A stretch of 64,000 nucleotides of DNA from Alphaproteobacteria bacterium (GTDB lineage Bacteria > Pseudomonadota > Alphaproteobacteria > Bin95): contig CBDBGH010000003.1 in the NCBI GenBank assembly GCA_965205265.1, positions 4,160,001-4,224,000 on the forward strand, given 5' to 3'. A program made the translations under genes and the position numbers. The notes beneath the pieces are model-generated. The model had not been told where the DNA came from, made no database searches, and was given only the letters and a program-made list of their open reading frames with translations. This document shows, piece by piece, positions 36,355-44,778 of this stretch (positions are counted from its first letter, which is position 1; every line of letters begins with the position of its first letter).

Positions 36355-38694
36355 GTGGATGAACACGGCATTGCAGGAGAGCCCTTCGCGGCGCGATTTG
36401 CCAGGCGGGTGCTCGCGGCCCGCTGGCCGGTCATCCTCGCTACGCTGGTCATCGTCACCGCGGCTTCCGGCGGCATTGCACTGTTCGAATTCTCTGCGAA
36501 TTACCGGATCTTTTTCGATGACGACAATCCACAGCTTCTGGCCCTGGAAAAGCTGGAAAATACGTATGGGAAAAACGAAAACGTCGTATTCTTGGTCGTT
36601 CCGGATAACGGCGATGCCACATCTGAAAAGGCTCTCTCAGCCGCTGTCTGGCTCACAAAGGCTGCATGGAACACGCCATATTCGCGGCGCGTCGATTCGC
36701 TTGCCAATTTTCAATACACGACCGCAGAGGGTGACGAGTTATATGTGCGCGATCTCGTCGATCCGCAGCACATTGCTGAAGCCGAAACGCGCTCTCAAAT
36801 CCGCGATATTGCCCTGTCCGATCCTCGTATCGCGGGCGGCATGCTGGCCGTAAACGGCGATGTCAGCGTTGTAAACGTCACAGTCGAGCTGCCCGAGGAC
36901 GGTCTTCTGGAGGCCGTAGCCGAAGTCGCCGAATTCGCAAGGGCGACAGCCATGGAGGCCGAAGAACGATTCCCCGGCACAGACCTGCGCATTGTCGGCA
37001 CGGTCATGATCAACCAGACCTTCGTCGAAGCCTCGATCGGCAGCCAGATGATCTTCCTGCCCGCAAGCCTTCTGCTCATGGCCCTGGTCCTCGGCATCCT
37101 GACCCGGGGCTGGACGGGGGTGGCGGCAACCGGACTGGTCATCGTCTTTTCCATTCTCGCGTCCCTGGGGCTCGGCGCATGGATCGGCCTGCCCTTTTCC
37201 CCGCCCATCTCTCCGGCGCCGACCATCGTGCTGATGATTGTCGTGGCGAATTGCGTGCATCTGCTTGTGGCTTTGCAGCAGCGTCTGCGCGCCGGGGATT
37301 CCAGGCGCGACGCCATCGTCGCAGCCATCGCGCTCAACCTGCATCCGGTGTTCCTGGCAAGCCTGACGACGGCGCTCGGGTTCCTTGCCATGAACTTCTC
37401 CGAAGTGCCGCCCTACCGCCATCTCGGCAACTTCGTCGCCCTGGGCATCTTCGCCTCCTTCATTCTCTCCGTCACATTCATGCCGGCCGTGCTTTCGCTT
37501 CTCCCCGTCCGCGCGCCCAGGGAACGTCGGCGCCGCGGACCCGCAATGAGCCGCCTCGCGGATGCCGCGCTGCGCCACCGGAAGGCGATCTTCTGGGCAT
37601 GGGTGGTGATTGTGCCCGTCATGGCTCTGGCCATTCCACGCAATGAACTCAACGATGTCCTGGTTCATTTCTTCGACAAGAGCGTCGAGTTTCGCCAGGA
37701 CACCGACTTCATGGACGAGCGTTTGAGCGGCAATACCGGGCTCGAATATTCGCTCGAAGCTTCCGTCGAGGGCGGTGTCACCGACCCTCTTTTCCTCTCC
37801 GAGGTTTCGCAGTTCGCCAGCTGGTTCCGCGAGCAACCCTCCGTGCGCCACGTAGCGGTCATCACCGACACCTTCCGGCAACTCAACAAGAGCATGCACG
37901 GCGACGACCCGGCCGCCTACCGGATTCCGGAAAGCAGGGAGCTGGCGGCGCAATACCTGCTGCTTTACGAGCTCTCGCTTCCCGAGGGGCTGAACCTGAA
38001 CAACCAGATCGACAGGTCCAGATCGGCCACGCGGGTGACGATATCGGCAAAGACGCTCTACTCGCAGGACGTGCTAGACCTGAACGCTCGCGCAGAGGCC
38101 TGGCTGAAGGAGAACGCACCCCATATAGCCAGCGTCAACAGCACCGGTCCCTCGGCCCTGTTCGCCTATATCGGGCAGCGCAACATCCGCGCCATGCTGG
38201 TCGGCACGCTGGTCGTGCTCCTGGCCATATCCGCTATTCTCCTCTTCGCCTTGCGCTCGCTCAGGCTCGGCCTGATAAGCATCGTTCCCAATCTGGTTCC
38301 CGCTGTACTGGGCTTCGGCGTCTGGGGTTTGACGGTCGGGCAGGTGGGACTCTCGCTGTCGGTCGTGGTGGCCATGACCATAGGCATCGTCGTGGACGAC
38401 ACGGTGCACTTCCTCGCCAAATACCGCCGGGCGCGGCGCGAATACGGCCATGGCCCCGAAGAAGCGGTGCATTACGCCTTCGACACGGCCGGGCGGGCCC
38501 TGTTCACCACAACGGTCGTGCTGGTGGCCGGCTTCCTGATACTCGTCTTCTCCCCGTTCGTTCCCACCGCGCAGGTCGGGGTCCTGACCGCGATGATTAT
38601 CGGCTTCGCGCTCATTGCCGACCTGACACTCCTGCCGGCGCTGCTGACGGCGCTGGACCGGAGGCCGGCGGAAGAGGTCGCGCGTTCGTCCTGA
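36355..38694 (+). CDS. MMPL/RND-family transporter
   Basis: Two periplasmic-plus-TM repeats, ASLTTALGF, IGIVVDDTVHF, DLTLLPALL. Confidence 0.9.
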   Translation: MDEHGIAGEPFAARFARRVLAARWPVILATLVIVTAASGGIALFEFSANYRIFFDDDNPQLLALEKLENTYGKNENVVFLVVPDNGDATSEKALSAAVWLTKAAWNTPYSRRVDSLANFQYTTAEGDELYVRDLVDPQHIAEAETRSQIRDIALSDPRIAGGMLAVNGDVSVVNVTVELPEDGLLEAVAEVAEFARATAMEAEERFPGTDLRIVGTVMINQTFVEASIGSQMIFLPASLLLMALVLGILTRGWTGVAATGLVIVFSILASLGLGAWIGLPFSPPISPAPTIVLMIVVANCVHLLVALQQRLRAGDSRRDAIVAAIALNLHPVFLASLTTALGFLAMNFSEVPPYRHLGNFVALGIFASFILSVTFMPAVLSLLPVRAPRERRRRGPAMSRLADAALRHRKAIFWAWVVIVPVMALAIPRNELNDVLVHFFDKSVEFRQDTDFMDERLSGNTGLEYSLEASVEGGVTDPLFLSEVSQFASWFREQPSVRHVAVITDTFRQLNKSMHGDDPAAYRIPESRELAAQYLLLYELSLPEGLNLNNQIDRSRSATRVTISAKTLYSQDVLDLNARAEAWLKENAPHIASVNSTGPSALFAYIGQRNIRAMLVGTLVVLLAISAILLFALRSLRLGLISIVPNLVPAVLGFGVWGLTVGQVGLSLSVVVAMTIGIVVDDTVHFLAKYRRARREYGHGPEEAVHYAFDTAGRALFTTTVVLVAGFLILVFSPFVPTAQVGVLTAMIIGFALIADLTLLPALLTALDRRPAEEVARSS

Positions 38695-38782
38695 TGGCGC
38701 CCGGCCAGCCTCCGCCACGAGCACTCGGATGAAATCCAAGATTCCAAAGCTTCCGGCATTTCAAAACTGGCAGTTCGACAAC

Positions 38783-38811
38783 TTGATTATGCAAAAGTCT
38801 TGTGTTATAAA
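38783..38811 (+). promoter_or_regulatory. Sigma70-like promoter of the RiPP precursor gene
   Basis: TTGATT-N17-TATAAA with extended -10 TG; AAGGAG RBS before ATG 38881. Confidence 0.6.
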
Positions 38812-38880
38812 GGCTTGTCCAACGCTGGTTTGGGGGCGTGTTGGGAGTGTCGTTCGTTACGTGGAGCGAAGGAGACTGCC

Positions 38881-39132
38881 ATGAGAAGTGGCGATGAAAT
38901 GCTTCAGCAGATTGTCGAGAAGTCGGCCCTGGATGCGGATTTCCGGCAACAGCTTCTCGCGGATCCGAAGACTGCCATCAGCCAGGAATTGGGCATCACG
39001 ATTCCCGATTCGATGACCATCAAGGTGCATGAGAGCGATATGCAGACGGTGCATCTCGCGCTGCCGCCGGACCCGAACATTACCGAGGAGCAGCTCGAAG
39101 CCATCTCGGCCGGCCTCTGCTGCTGCTGGTAA
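38881..39132 (+). CDS. srpE: NHLP/proteusin RiPP precursor, core LCCCW (SrpE-like)
   Basis: Leader DADFRQQLLADPK...KVHE...HLALPP, cleavage motif ITEEQLEAISAG, then LCCCW*. Confidence 0.92.
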   Translation: MRSGDEMLQQIVEKSALDADFRQQLLADPKTAISQELGITIPDSMTIKVHESDMQTVHLALPPDPNITEEQLEAISAGLCCCW

Positions 39133-39139
39133 GCCCGAA

Positions 39140-39158
39140 AGCCGGCCACCGGCCGGCT
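39140..39158. terminator. GC hairpin after the precursor gene
   Basis: AGCCGGCC-ACC-GGCCGGCT between convergent genes; no U-tract on the plus strand. Confidence 0.35.
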
Positions 39159-39788
39159 GAAGAGAAAGCTTGAACCTGTCCCTCTGGCCGTCCAGCCGGA
39201 CGGGGCTAGGTTCTTTGCGCCTGTCCGATGCTGTTATCGCGGCGAAGCTGCCCCGGAAAGCACCATGAACACATAGGCTTTGGCCTGTGTGAGCCGGTTT
39301 CCGGATATGACCAGCTTTATGTGGTGAATGCCGCGCAACAGCACATAACGACCCGATTTCGCAAAAAGCGTCGTCGGCCTTGAAACCCACCCGGCAAGCG
39401 CGTCAAGTTTCCCGGGAACGACAATCTCCTCATGGCTCAAGGCTTTCAGGAACGGGTCCCAATCGGTCAGGCCGTCGAGCCAGTAGCGGGAATCTTTCGT
39501 GTATCTCTGCCTGACGATGAGTGTCAGGCCCAGAGTCGGACCGAGACCGTCTTCGCGCACATCGATATTCACGCCGGTCCTGACAATATTCGCGCGTTCC
39601 CTGAAGCGGGAAATCACAGCGCCGACGGCGGAGACCTCGCCCGGCCAGCCCGTGACTTCAAGATAGGAACACAGCTCCTGCTGCGACCTGAAGCCCATGA
39701 CCGCCAGGCGGATCGAACGGGAGCGGGACGGGAATACGCCGAACGAGTCCATGCGCGTGTCTTCCGGCTGCGCCCGGTAGGCCCGTTC

Positions 39789-39931
39789 AACGGCCTTCCG
39801 CTCATTGCCGGTCATCTCCCAGCCAATGCCGGAAAGCAGCGCATCGACCACCATGACGGCTTCATCCGCCTGGCCTGAGCCGCCGGTGATCGGGCGCTCG
39901 CCGGGCCGCAGGAACATCGCCGGAAGCGGGT
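39789..39931 (+). repeat. 143 bp target-site duplication of IS1634 copy 3 (second copy 41848-41990)
   Basis: AACGGCCTTCCG...GGAAGCGGGT on both sides. Confidence 0.95.
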
Positions 39932-41847
39932 CCTGACTTCGACGGTTGATTCGCATAAGTAGTTGATATTGCCTGGTTCTCATTTCGGCTAGGCACTACA
40001 TCCGGCATTTCTTCGAGCCGTGCTTCGTCGACGGTCAGGCGAGTTGATACGGGGTGATCGTCAGGGGCAGCCCCATGGTTGCGTAAATCTGCTCCGCCGC
40101 CGGTGTCGGCTTCGAGGGGATGACGTAGCGGTTGCCCGATTGCCGACAGCGCAGCAGGGAGCACTGGCGGTGGACGAGGGCGGAGCGGATGACCTCCGGG
40201 GACATCCGCCGCTTCTGGATGGCGACGCGGTACGCAAGGTGTCGAACGCAGGCGAAGGCCAGGAAGGCGATGGCGATGTGAGCGCGGATCCGGTCCGGGT
40301 TCCAGTGCCAGATGGGACGTATCTTCAGGTCGTGTTTGGTGATCCGGAAGCTCTCCTCGACCTGCCAGAGCCCCTGGTAGTGAGCCATCACTTCGGTGAC
40401 GCGCGCGTCGCGCAGATTGGTGATGACGCCGGTGAGCCCGTCCCATCGTGCGGCCTCGGCGATCTTCTCCGGGTTCACCGTGAGCCGTGCGTCGCCCTCG
40501 ACGGCGATGAAGCGCTTCGCCCCGTGATTGGAGAGCAGTTCCCTGGGATTGTCGCTGCGGGCCAGCCTGTCGAGCAGGCGTTCCACCTGATGGCGGCGCT
40601 CGTGCGCGTCCTTGCGTGCGCGCTGGGGGCAGAAGACGACGATCAGGCGACGGCCCTTGTACTCCCACTCGCCGACCCGGCGGTCCTGTGAGCCCTCCAG
40701 CGGGGCATAGGTCCCGGGGTCGAGAACCTGCCCCAGCAGCGCGAGCGGCAGCTTGCGCAGCCGCGCGCCGACGACATACTCGCCGCCGATGGCGTCCATG
40801 GCGTCGAGGTTGTCGGCGCTCAGCATGCCCCGGTCGGCCACGCATACCGTGCGCTCCACCTGGTGGCGGCGCTGCATGTCCTGCAGGACCGGGACCATGC
40901 TGTGTCCCTCGTAGGTGGCGCCGGGGAAGACCTCGTAGCTGATCGGCAGCCCTTCGCGCGTCACCATCAGCGCCAGCAGAACCTGCGAGTCCTTGTGTTT
41001 GCCGTCCTTGCTGAAGCCGTGCTGGCGAAGCTCGTCCTCGGCGGCCGTCTCGAAGTAGAGCGTGGTGCAATCGAAGAAGAGGATCGCGACCGGCTCCGGC
41101 AGCAGCGACCGGCTCGCCTCGCCGACGCGCGTGCGCAGTCGCTCGATCACCGTCGCGTCGAGCTGATCCATCATCCGGTAGACCTTCTCGAGCGGAAGAC
41201 TCACGCCGAAGTCCTCCTCGAGCCGGCGCACGCTGCCCCGCTTGCTGTCGGGGTTGGCTACCCGCGCCATCACCACATGGAACAGCGCGTCATGGGAGGC
41301 CCGGTAGCGCGAGCGCGGCAGCAGCGCGTCGAGGCCCAGCAGCCGGTAGATCTCGCCATAGACCTCGTGGATGCCTGTGATCAGGCGCTGCTCCTCTTCA
41401 AGCTGCTTGAGGTCGACCGGGAGTTCCTCCTTGCCGTCCCCCCGGCGGCCGACACGGATCGCCTGCTCAGCGATCTTCTCGGGCGCAAACAATGCCGGCT
41501 GACGCTCGTCCTCCAGCTTCGCCTTGACGTACTCGCCGAGCTGCCTCAGGCGCTCGAGCTCGTCCTCGTCCATGGCCACGCCGACATGGCGGACGATGCG
41601 CTGTCGGACCTTGCCGCCGTCGCGCACGGCCTCGACGATCTGGACCGAGCGTCGCGGGCTGTTGGGGGAGGTCTTGATGCGCACGAACATGGGGGGAGTG
41701 TAGCGCGTGGCGGAGGCATTGACAGTCTCAAAGATTTACTAGGCACTACAACGCAGCTTGACCGCACCGCAACTGCCAACTCATTGGCTTTACTGAAAAC
41801 TCCAGACGCGAGATCGGTCAGAAGTCAGCCCAACCGTCGAAGTCAGG
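39932..41847 (-). mobile_element. IS1634-family insertion sequence, copy 3 (1916 bp)
   Basis: Same TIRs and transposase. Confidence 0.93.
40035..41690 (-). CDS. IS1634-family transposase
   Basis: Same 551 aa translation as the other copies. Confidence 0.93.
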   Translation of the reverse strand: MFVRIKTSPNSPRRSVQIVEAVRDGGKVRQRIVRHVGVAMDEDELERLRQLGEYVKAKLEDERQPALFAPEKIAEQAIRVGRRGDGKEELPVDLKQLEEEQRLITGIHEVYGEIYRLLGLDALLPRSRYRASHDALFHVVMARVANPDSKRGSVRRLEEDFGVSLPLEKVYRMMDQLDATVIERLRTRVGEASRSLLPEPVAILFFDCTTLYFETAAEDELRQHGFSKDGKHKDSQVLLALMVTREGLPISYEVFPGATYEGHSMVPVLQDMQRRHQVERTVCVADRGMLSADNLDAMDAIGGEYVVGARLRKLPLALLGQVLDPGTYAPLEGSQDRRVGEWEYKGRRLIVVFCPQRARKDAHERRHQVERLLDRLARSDNPRELLSNHGAKRFIAVEGDARLTVNPEKIAEAARWDGLTGVITNLRDARVTEVMAHYQGLWQVEESFRITKHDLKIRPIWHWNPDRIRAHIAIAFLAFACVRHLAYRVAIQKRRMSPEVIRSALVHRQCSLLRCRQSGNRYVIPSKPTPAAEQIYATMGLPLTITPYQLA

Positions 41848-42423
41848 AACGGCCTTCCGCTCATTGCCGGTCATCTCCCAGCCAATGCCGGAAAGCAGCG
41901 CATCGACCACCATGACGGCTTCATCCGCCTGGCCTGAGCCGCCGGTGATCGGGCGCTCGCCGGGCCGCAGGAACATCGCCGGAAGCGGGTCTTCGCCATC
42001 TCCCGCCGGAGCGATGTCGTATTCCAGCATCAGCTTGCGACCGACGATTTCGCGCAAAGGCGAGTTTTCCGCGTCCATCCGCTCGAAAAGCCGCATGACC
42101 GCTCTTGCGGTCCTGTCCGTCCCGTCGGCCTCTGCGCGTTCCCGGAAAAATGTCGCCGGTCCGGTTCCGCTCGCAAGGGAGACGCCGAAATCCGCCTTCG
42201 GCCCCGGTTCATGCAGCGGCAGTTCGAAGCCGAACGGAAGCGCGCCCATCGTGATGGGAAGCTTCCCGGCGCATTCGAGGACGAGCTCCCATTCCGGATT
42301 TCCGATGAGCACCGGCGAAATCCTGCTTCGAAAATGCCCGAGCAGGTCGCCCATCGTGCCGCCCTCTTCGGCGAGGCGCTCCTGGGTAAGCGCGACGGCT
42401 TCGTCGATATCCATCTTGCCCTC

Positions 42424-44778
42424 TCACGCAATGACGGGGGCGGGATTCAGCCCGGCTTCGGCCAGGGGATGCGCGCGGCGGCCCATTATGACAGGCACGT
42501 CATACAGGCGCCCCGGCGCGAACCTTGCCCAGAAATGGCGTAGGCCCGGCACGACGACCCGCGCAACAGGCATGCCGATATCGGGCCGGGTCTGGTCCAG
42601 CACCAGGAATTCCATGCCCCTGGCTTCGACGAGCGCACGGCAATGCTCCACATCTTCGCGCGTGTCCGCCGTTTCGACCGCCGGATACCGCGAAGCCTCG
42701 CGCAGCGGCTCATCCGCCGCCGGCGCCAGCCAGGAACACTCGGCGAGCCGGGCGGTCTTCCACCACCGGAGCGCCAGCGGATCGTCGATCATGGGCCGAC
42801 CGCCGGTCCTCCCCGGACGCGGCAGCCAAGTAAGGCACTGGTTCAATTCGCAAATCGCGCGCAAGGCCGCCACGCACGGGTCGGCATGGGCGCCCGCGCC
42901 GTAAATGATGTCCTCGGTGCGGGCGTCCGGCCTGCGCGAGATCGCGACGAAGGCGGGAATGCCGAGATCCGAGGTGATGTCGAGCATCCACAACTCGCGC
43001 TCATATCCGGCATAGCGGTCCGGGGCGGATGCGAGATACTCATCGTCGAAGCTGGAAAGATCGACCGCCGGCGCCCGCAGGCTGTTGTACCACCAGATGG
43101 CGAAGGCGTCCCGCTCCGCCAGCTCGTAGAAGCCCTGCATGACGGCTTCTTCCAGGGTGTTGCCGGCAGCGCAGCCGTTGGAGTCGGCGATCAGATCCGC
43201 AGGGCCACGCTGTTCGGCCGGCATGCTGTAGAGCATCGATGTCGGCAGATAGCGATGGCGCTGCTGCGTCAGCGACCACACCGGGGTCCAGTCGATTTCG
43301 GCATCGGGGTCGAGACGCGGCGGCACAACATTGTAGGGGTGTCCTTCCGCATTGATGCTGTCCGCGTTATCCAGCTGTCTTTCGCTGAACAGTTGCACTG
43401 CGTTCGGATGGACCGCCTCGTCCTCCACGGCGAAGTCGATGAAGCGCCCGCGGCGGCGGATCTCGTCGCCGGCGCGGGCGCCCGAATAGCGCTCGATCGC
43501 TTCGCAGAGGGCGCTGACCTCGGATTGCTCCCTTGTGCTGCCCTTGCCGGCGCTCTTGCTGCGCAGGCTTCGCCGCAGCGAACTCAGGCTCCGGCTTTTC
43601 ATGCCGTGATTGCCGCCGGCCCAATAGACATGCAGCCAGGGGTCGGCCTCGTCGGTCGTGCGCCTGAGCCAGGTCACGACCCCGCTCACCGGGCTGACAA
43701 GGTGGCGGTATTTCGCCAGGGTCGCTTCCGGCGCCACGCTGCGCGCCCCGCCGCTGTTGCGATGGGTCTTGGGACTTGCCTGCAGGGACAGCGGAACCGC
43801 CGGCCGGTCCGGGCGGTGCAACGCCTCTTCGCCGCAGGCAGGGCATTGCGGCCGGCGCATGACCCGGTGCTGCGAGCTTGCGAATGTGCCGGTATTCATC
43901 GCGACCGCGTGGTCGTGAATCGGGGCCGCCTCGTCCAGAACCAGCCATTTGACGATTTCGGCCGCGATCAGCCCGTACAGCCCTTCCAGAACCGCGGGCT
44001 CGGCCGCGAACGGCTTGAACGCGGCCTCTTCGCCGGCAAAATTGCGCAGGAAGCCGTGGACTTCCTCATGGCCGCGCAGGCGGTGGGCCAGACAGGCCCA
44101 GCAGGGTCCCTGCCGGTCCGCGCGGAAGACGGGGCCGAACAGCGCCTCCATGCCCCGAGGCCGCAGCAATGTCCACGCCGCTCCCGCCTCGAGCTGGCGC
44201 CGATTCACGTCTTCGAGGCGCGCGTCGAGATAGTCGTCGCAGACGATGACGGTGAGTCCGGGCTCGCCGGTCCCGACCCCGGCGCCGGCCTCTTCCAGAC
44301 GCCGGGTGAGCCGGCCGTCATCCCCTTCCACCGCGATGCGCGAGGCCGCCAGCCGTTGCTCGACCCAGCGGGGCGAAGCGCCGAGCGACGACCACCAGGC
44401 CGCCCGGTGCCGGTCCATGCCATGATCGCCGGAGACGACATAACCCCTGGCGGAAAGCGAACCGACCGCCGCGAGAACATCGGCGGCGGTGTGGACGCCC
44501 TCAAGGGCGGCGGCGATTTCGTCCTGCGGGCGCCGGCCGTCGAGCAGCGGCAGCAGATCGCAATAGAGCCTGCCATGCAGCAGGGTATTGAACGACTCGG
44601 AAACCAGAAGCGCCTGCTGTTCGCCGATTTCGTGGAATTGCAGGTGGGGGGCAAGCGCGGGAAGCCTGACGGCACCCCGGTCCGCAGAAGTCGTTCCGGT
44701 CAATATCCCCCGCCGGGAATTCCTGTCTGTCTGCACTGGCATCCAGGATTTCCGTTCCGGACCGGCCGGCGCCTTCAT
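42424..44778 (-). CDS. srpC: Fused E1-like/YcaO cyclodehydratase (TOMM C-D, SrpC-like)
   Basis: GPCWACL, RRPQCPACG, SALCEAIERYS, SNGCAAGNTLEEA..GFYELAERDA, Pro-rich C-terminus NPAPVIA; ATGA overlap with the upstream gene. Confidence 0.92.
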   Translation of the reverse strand: MKAPAGPERKSWMPVQTDRNSRRGILTGTTSADRGAVRLPALAPHLQFHEIGEQQALLVSESFNTLLHGRLYCDLLPLLDGRRPQDEIAAALEGVHTAADVLAAVGSLSARGYVVSGDHGMDRHRAAWWSSLGASPRWVEQRLAASRIAVEGDDGRLTRRLEEAGAGVGTGEPGLTVIVCDDYLDARLEDVNRRQLEAGAAWTLLRPRGMEALFGPVFRADRQGPCWACLAHRLRGHEEVHGFLRNFAGEEAAFKPFAAEPAVLEGLYGLIAAEIVKWLVLDEAAPIHDHAVAMNTGTFASSQHRVMRRPQCPACGEEALHRPDRPAVPLSLQASPKTHRNSGGARSVAPEATLAKYRHLVSPVSGVVTWLRRTTDEADPWLHVYWAGGNHGMKSRSLSSLRRSLRSKSAGKGSTREQSEVSALCEAIERYSGARAGDEIRRRGRFIDFAVEDEAVHPNAVQLFSERQLDNADSINAEGHPYNVVPPRLDPDAEIDWTPVWSLTQQRHRYLPTSMLYSMPAEQRGPADLIADSNGCAAGNTLEEAVMQGFYELAERDAFAIWWYNSLRAPAVDLSSFDDEYLASAPDRYAGYERELWMLDITSDLGIPAFVAISRRPDARTEDIIYGAGAHADPCVAALRAICELNQCLTWLPRPGRTGGRPMIDDPLALRWWKTARLAECSWLAPAADEPLREASRYPAVETADTREDVEHCRALVEARGMEFLVLDQTRPDIGMPVARVVVPGLRHFWARFAPGRLYDVPVIMGRRAHPLAEAGLNPAPVIA

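Larger units (their letters stand above)
39234..42414 (-). pseudogene. 373 aa RiPP-cluster protein (putative prenyltransferase) split by IS1634 copy 3
   Basis: Removing the IS and one 143 bp repeat gives an 1122 nt open frame; motifs FGFE, LEYD, HHIKLV...AKAY. The function is inferred. Confidence 0.7.

Noticed and set aside
38800-38880. N-terminal extension of the precursor (110 aa ORF)
   Set aside because: It overlaps the predicted promoter; the RBS supports ATG 38881
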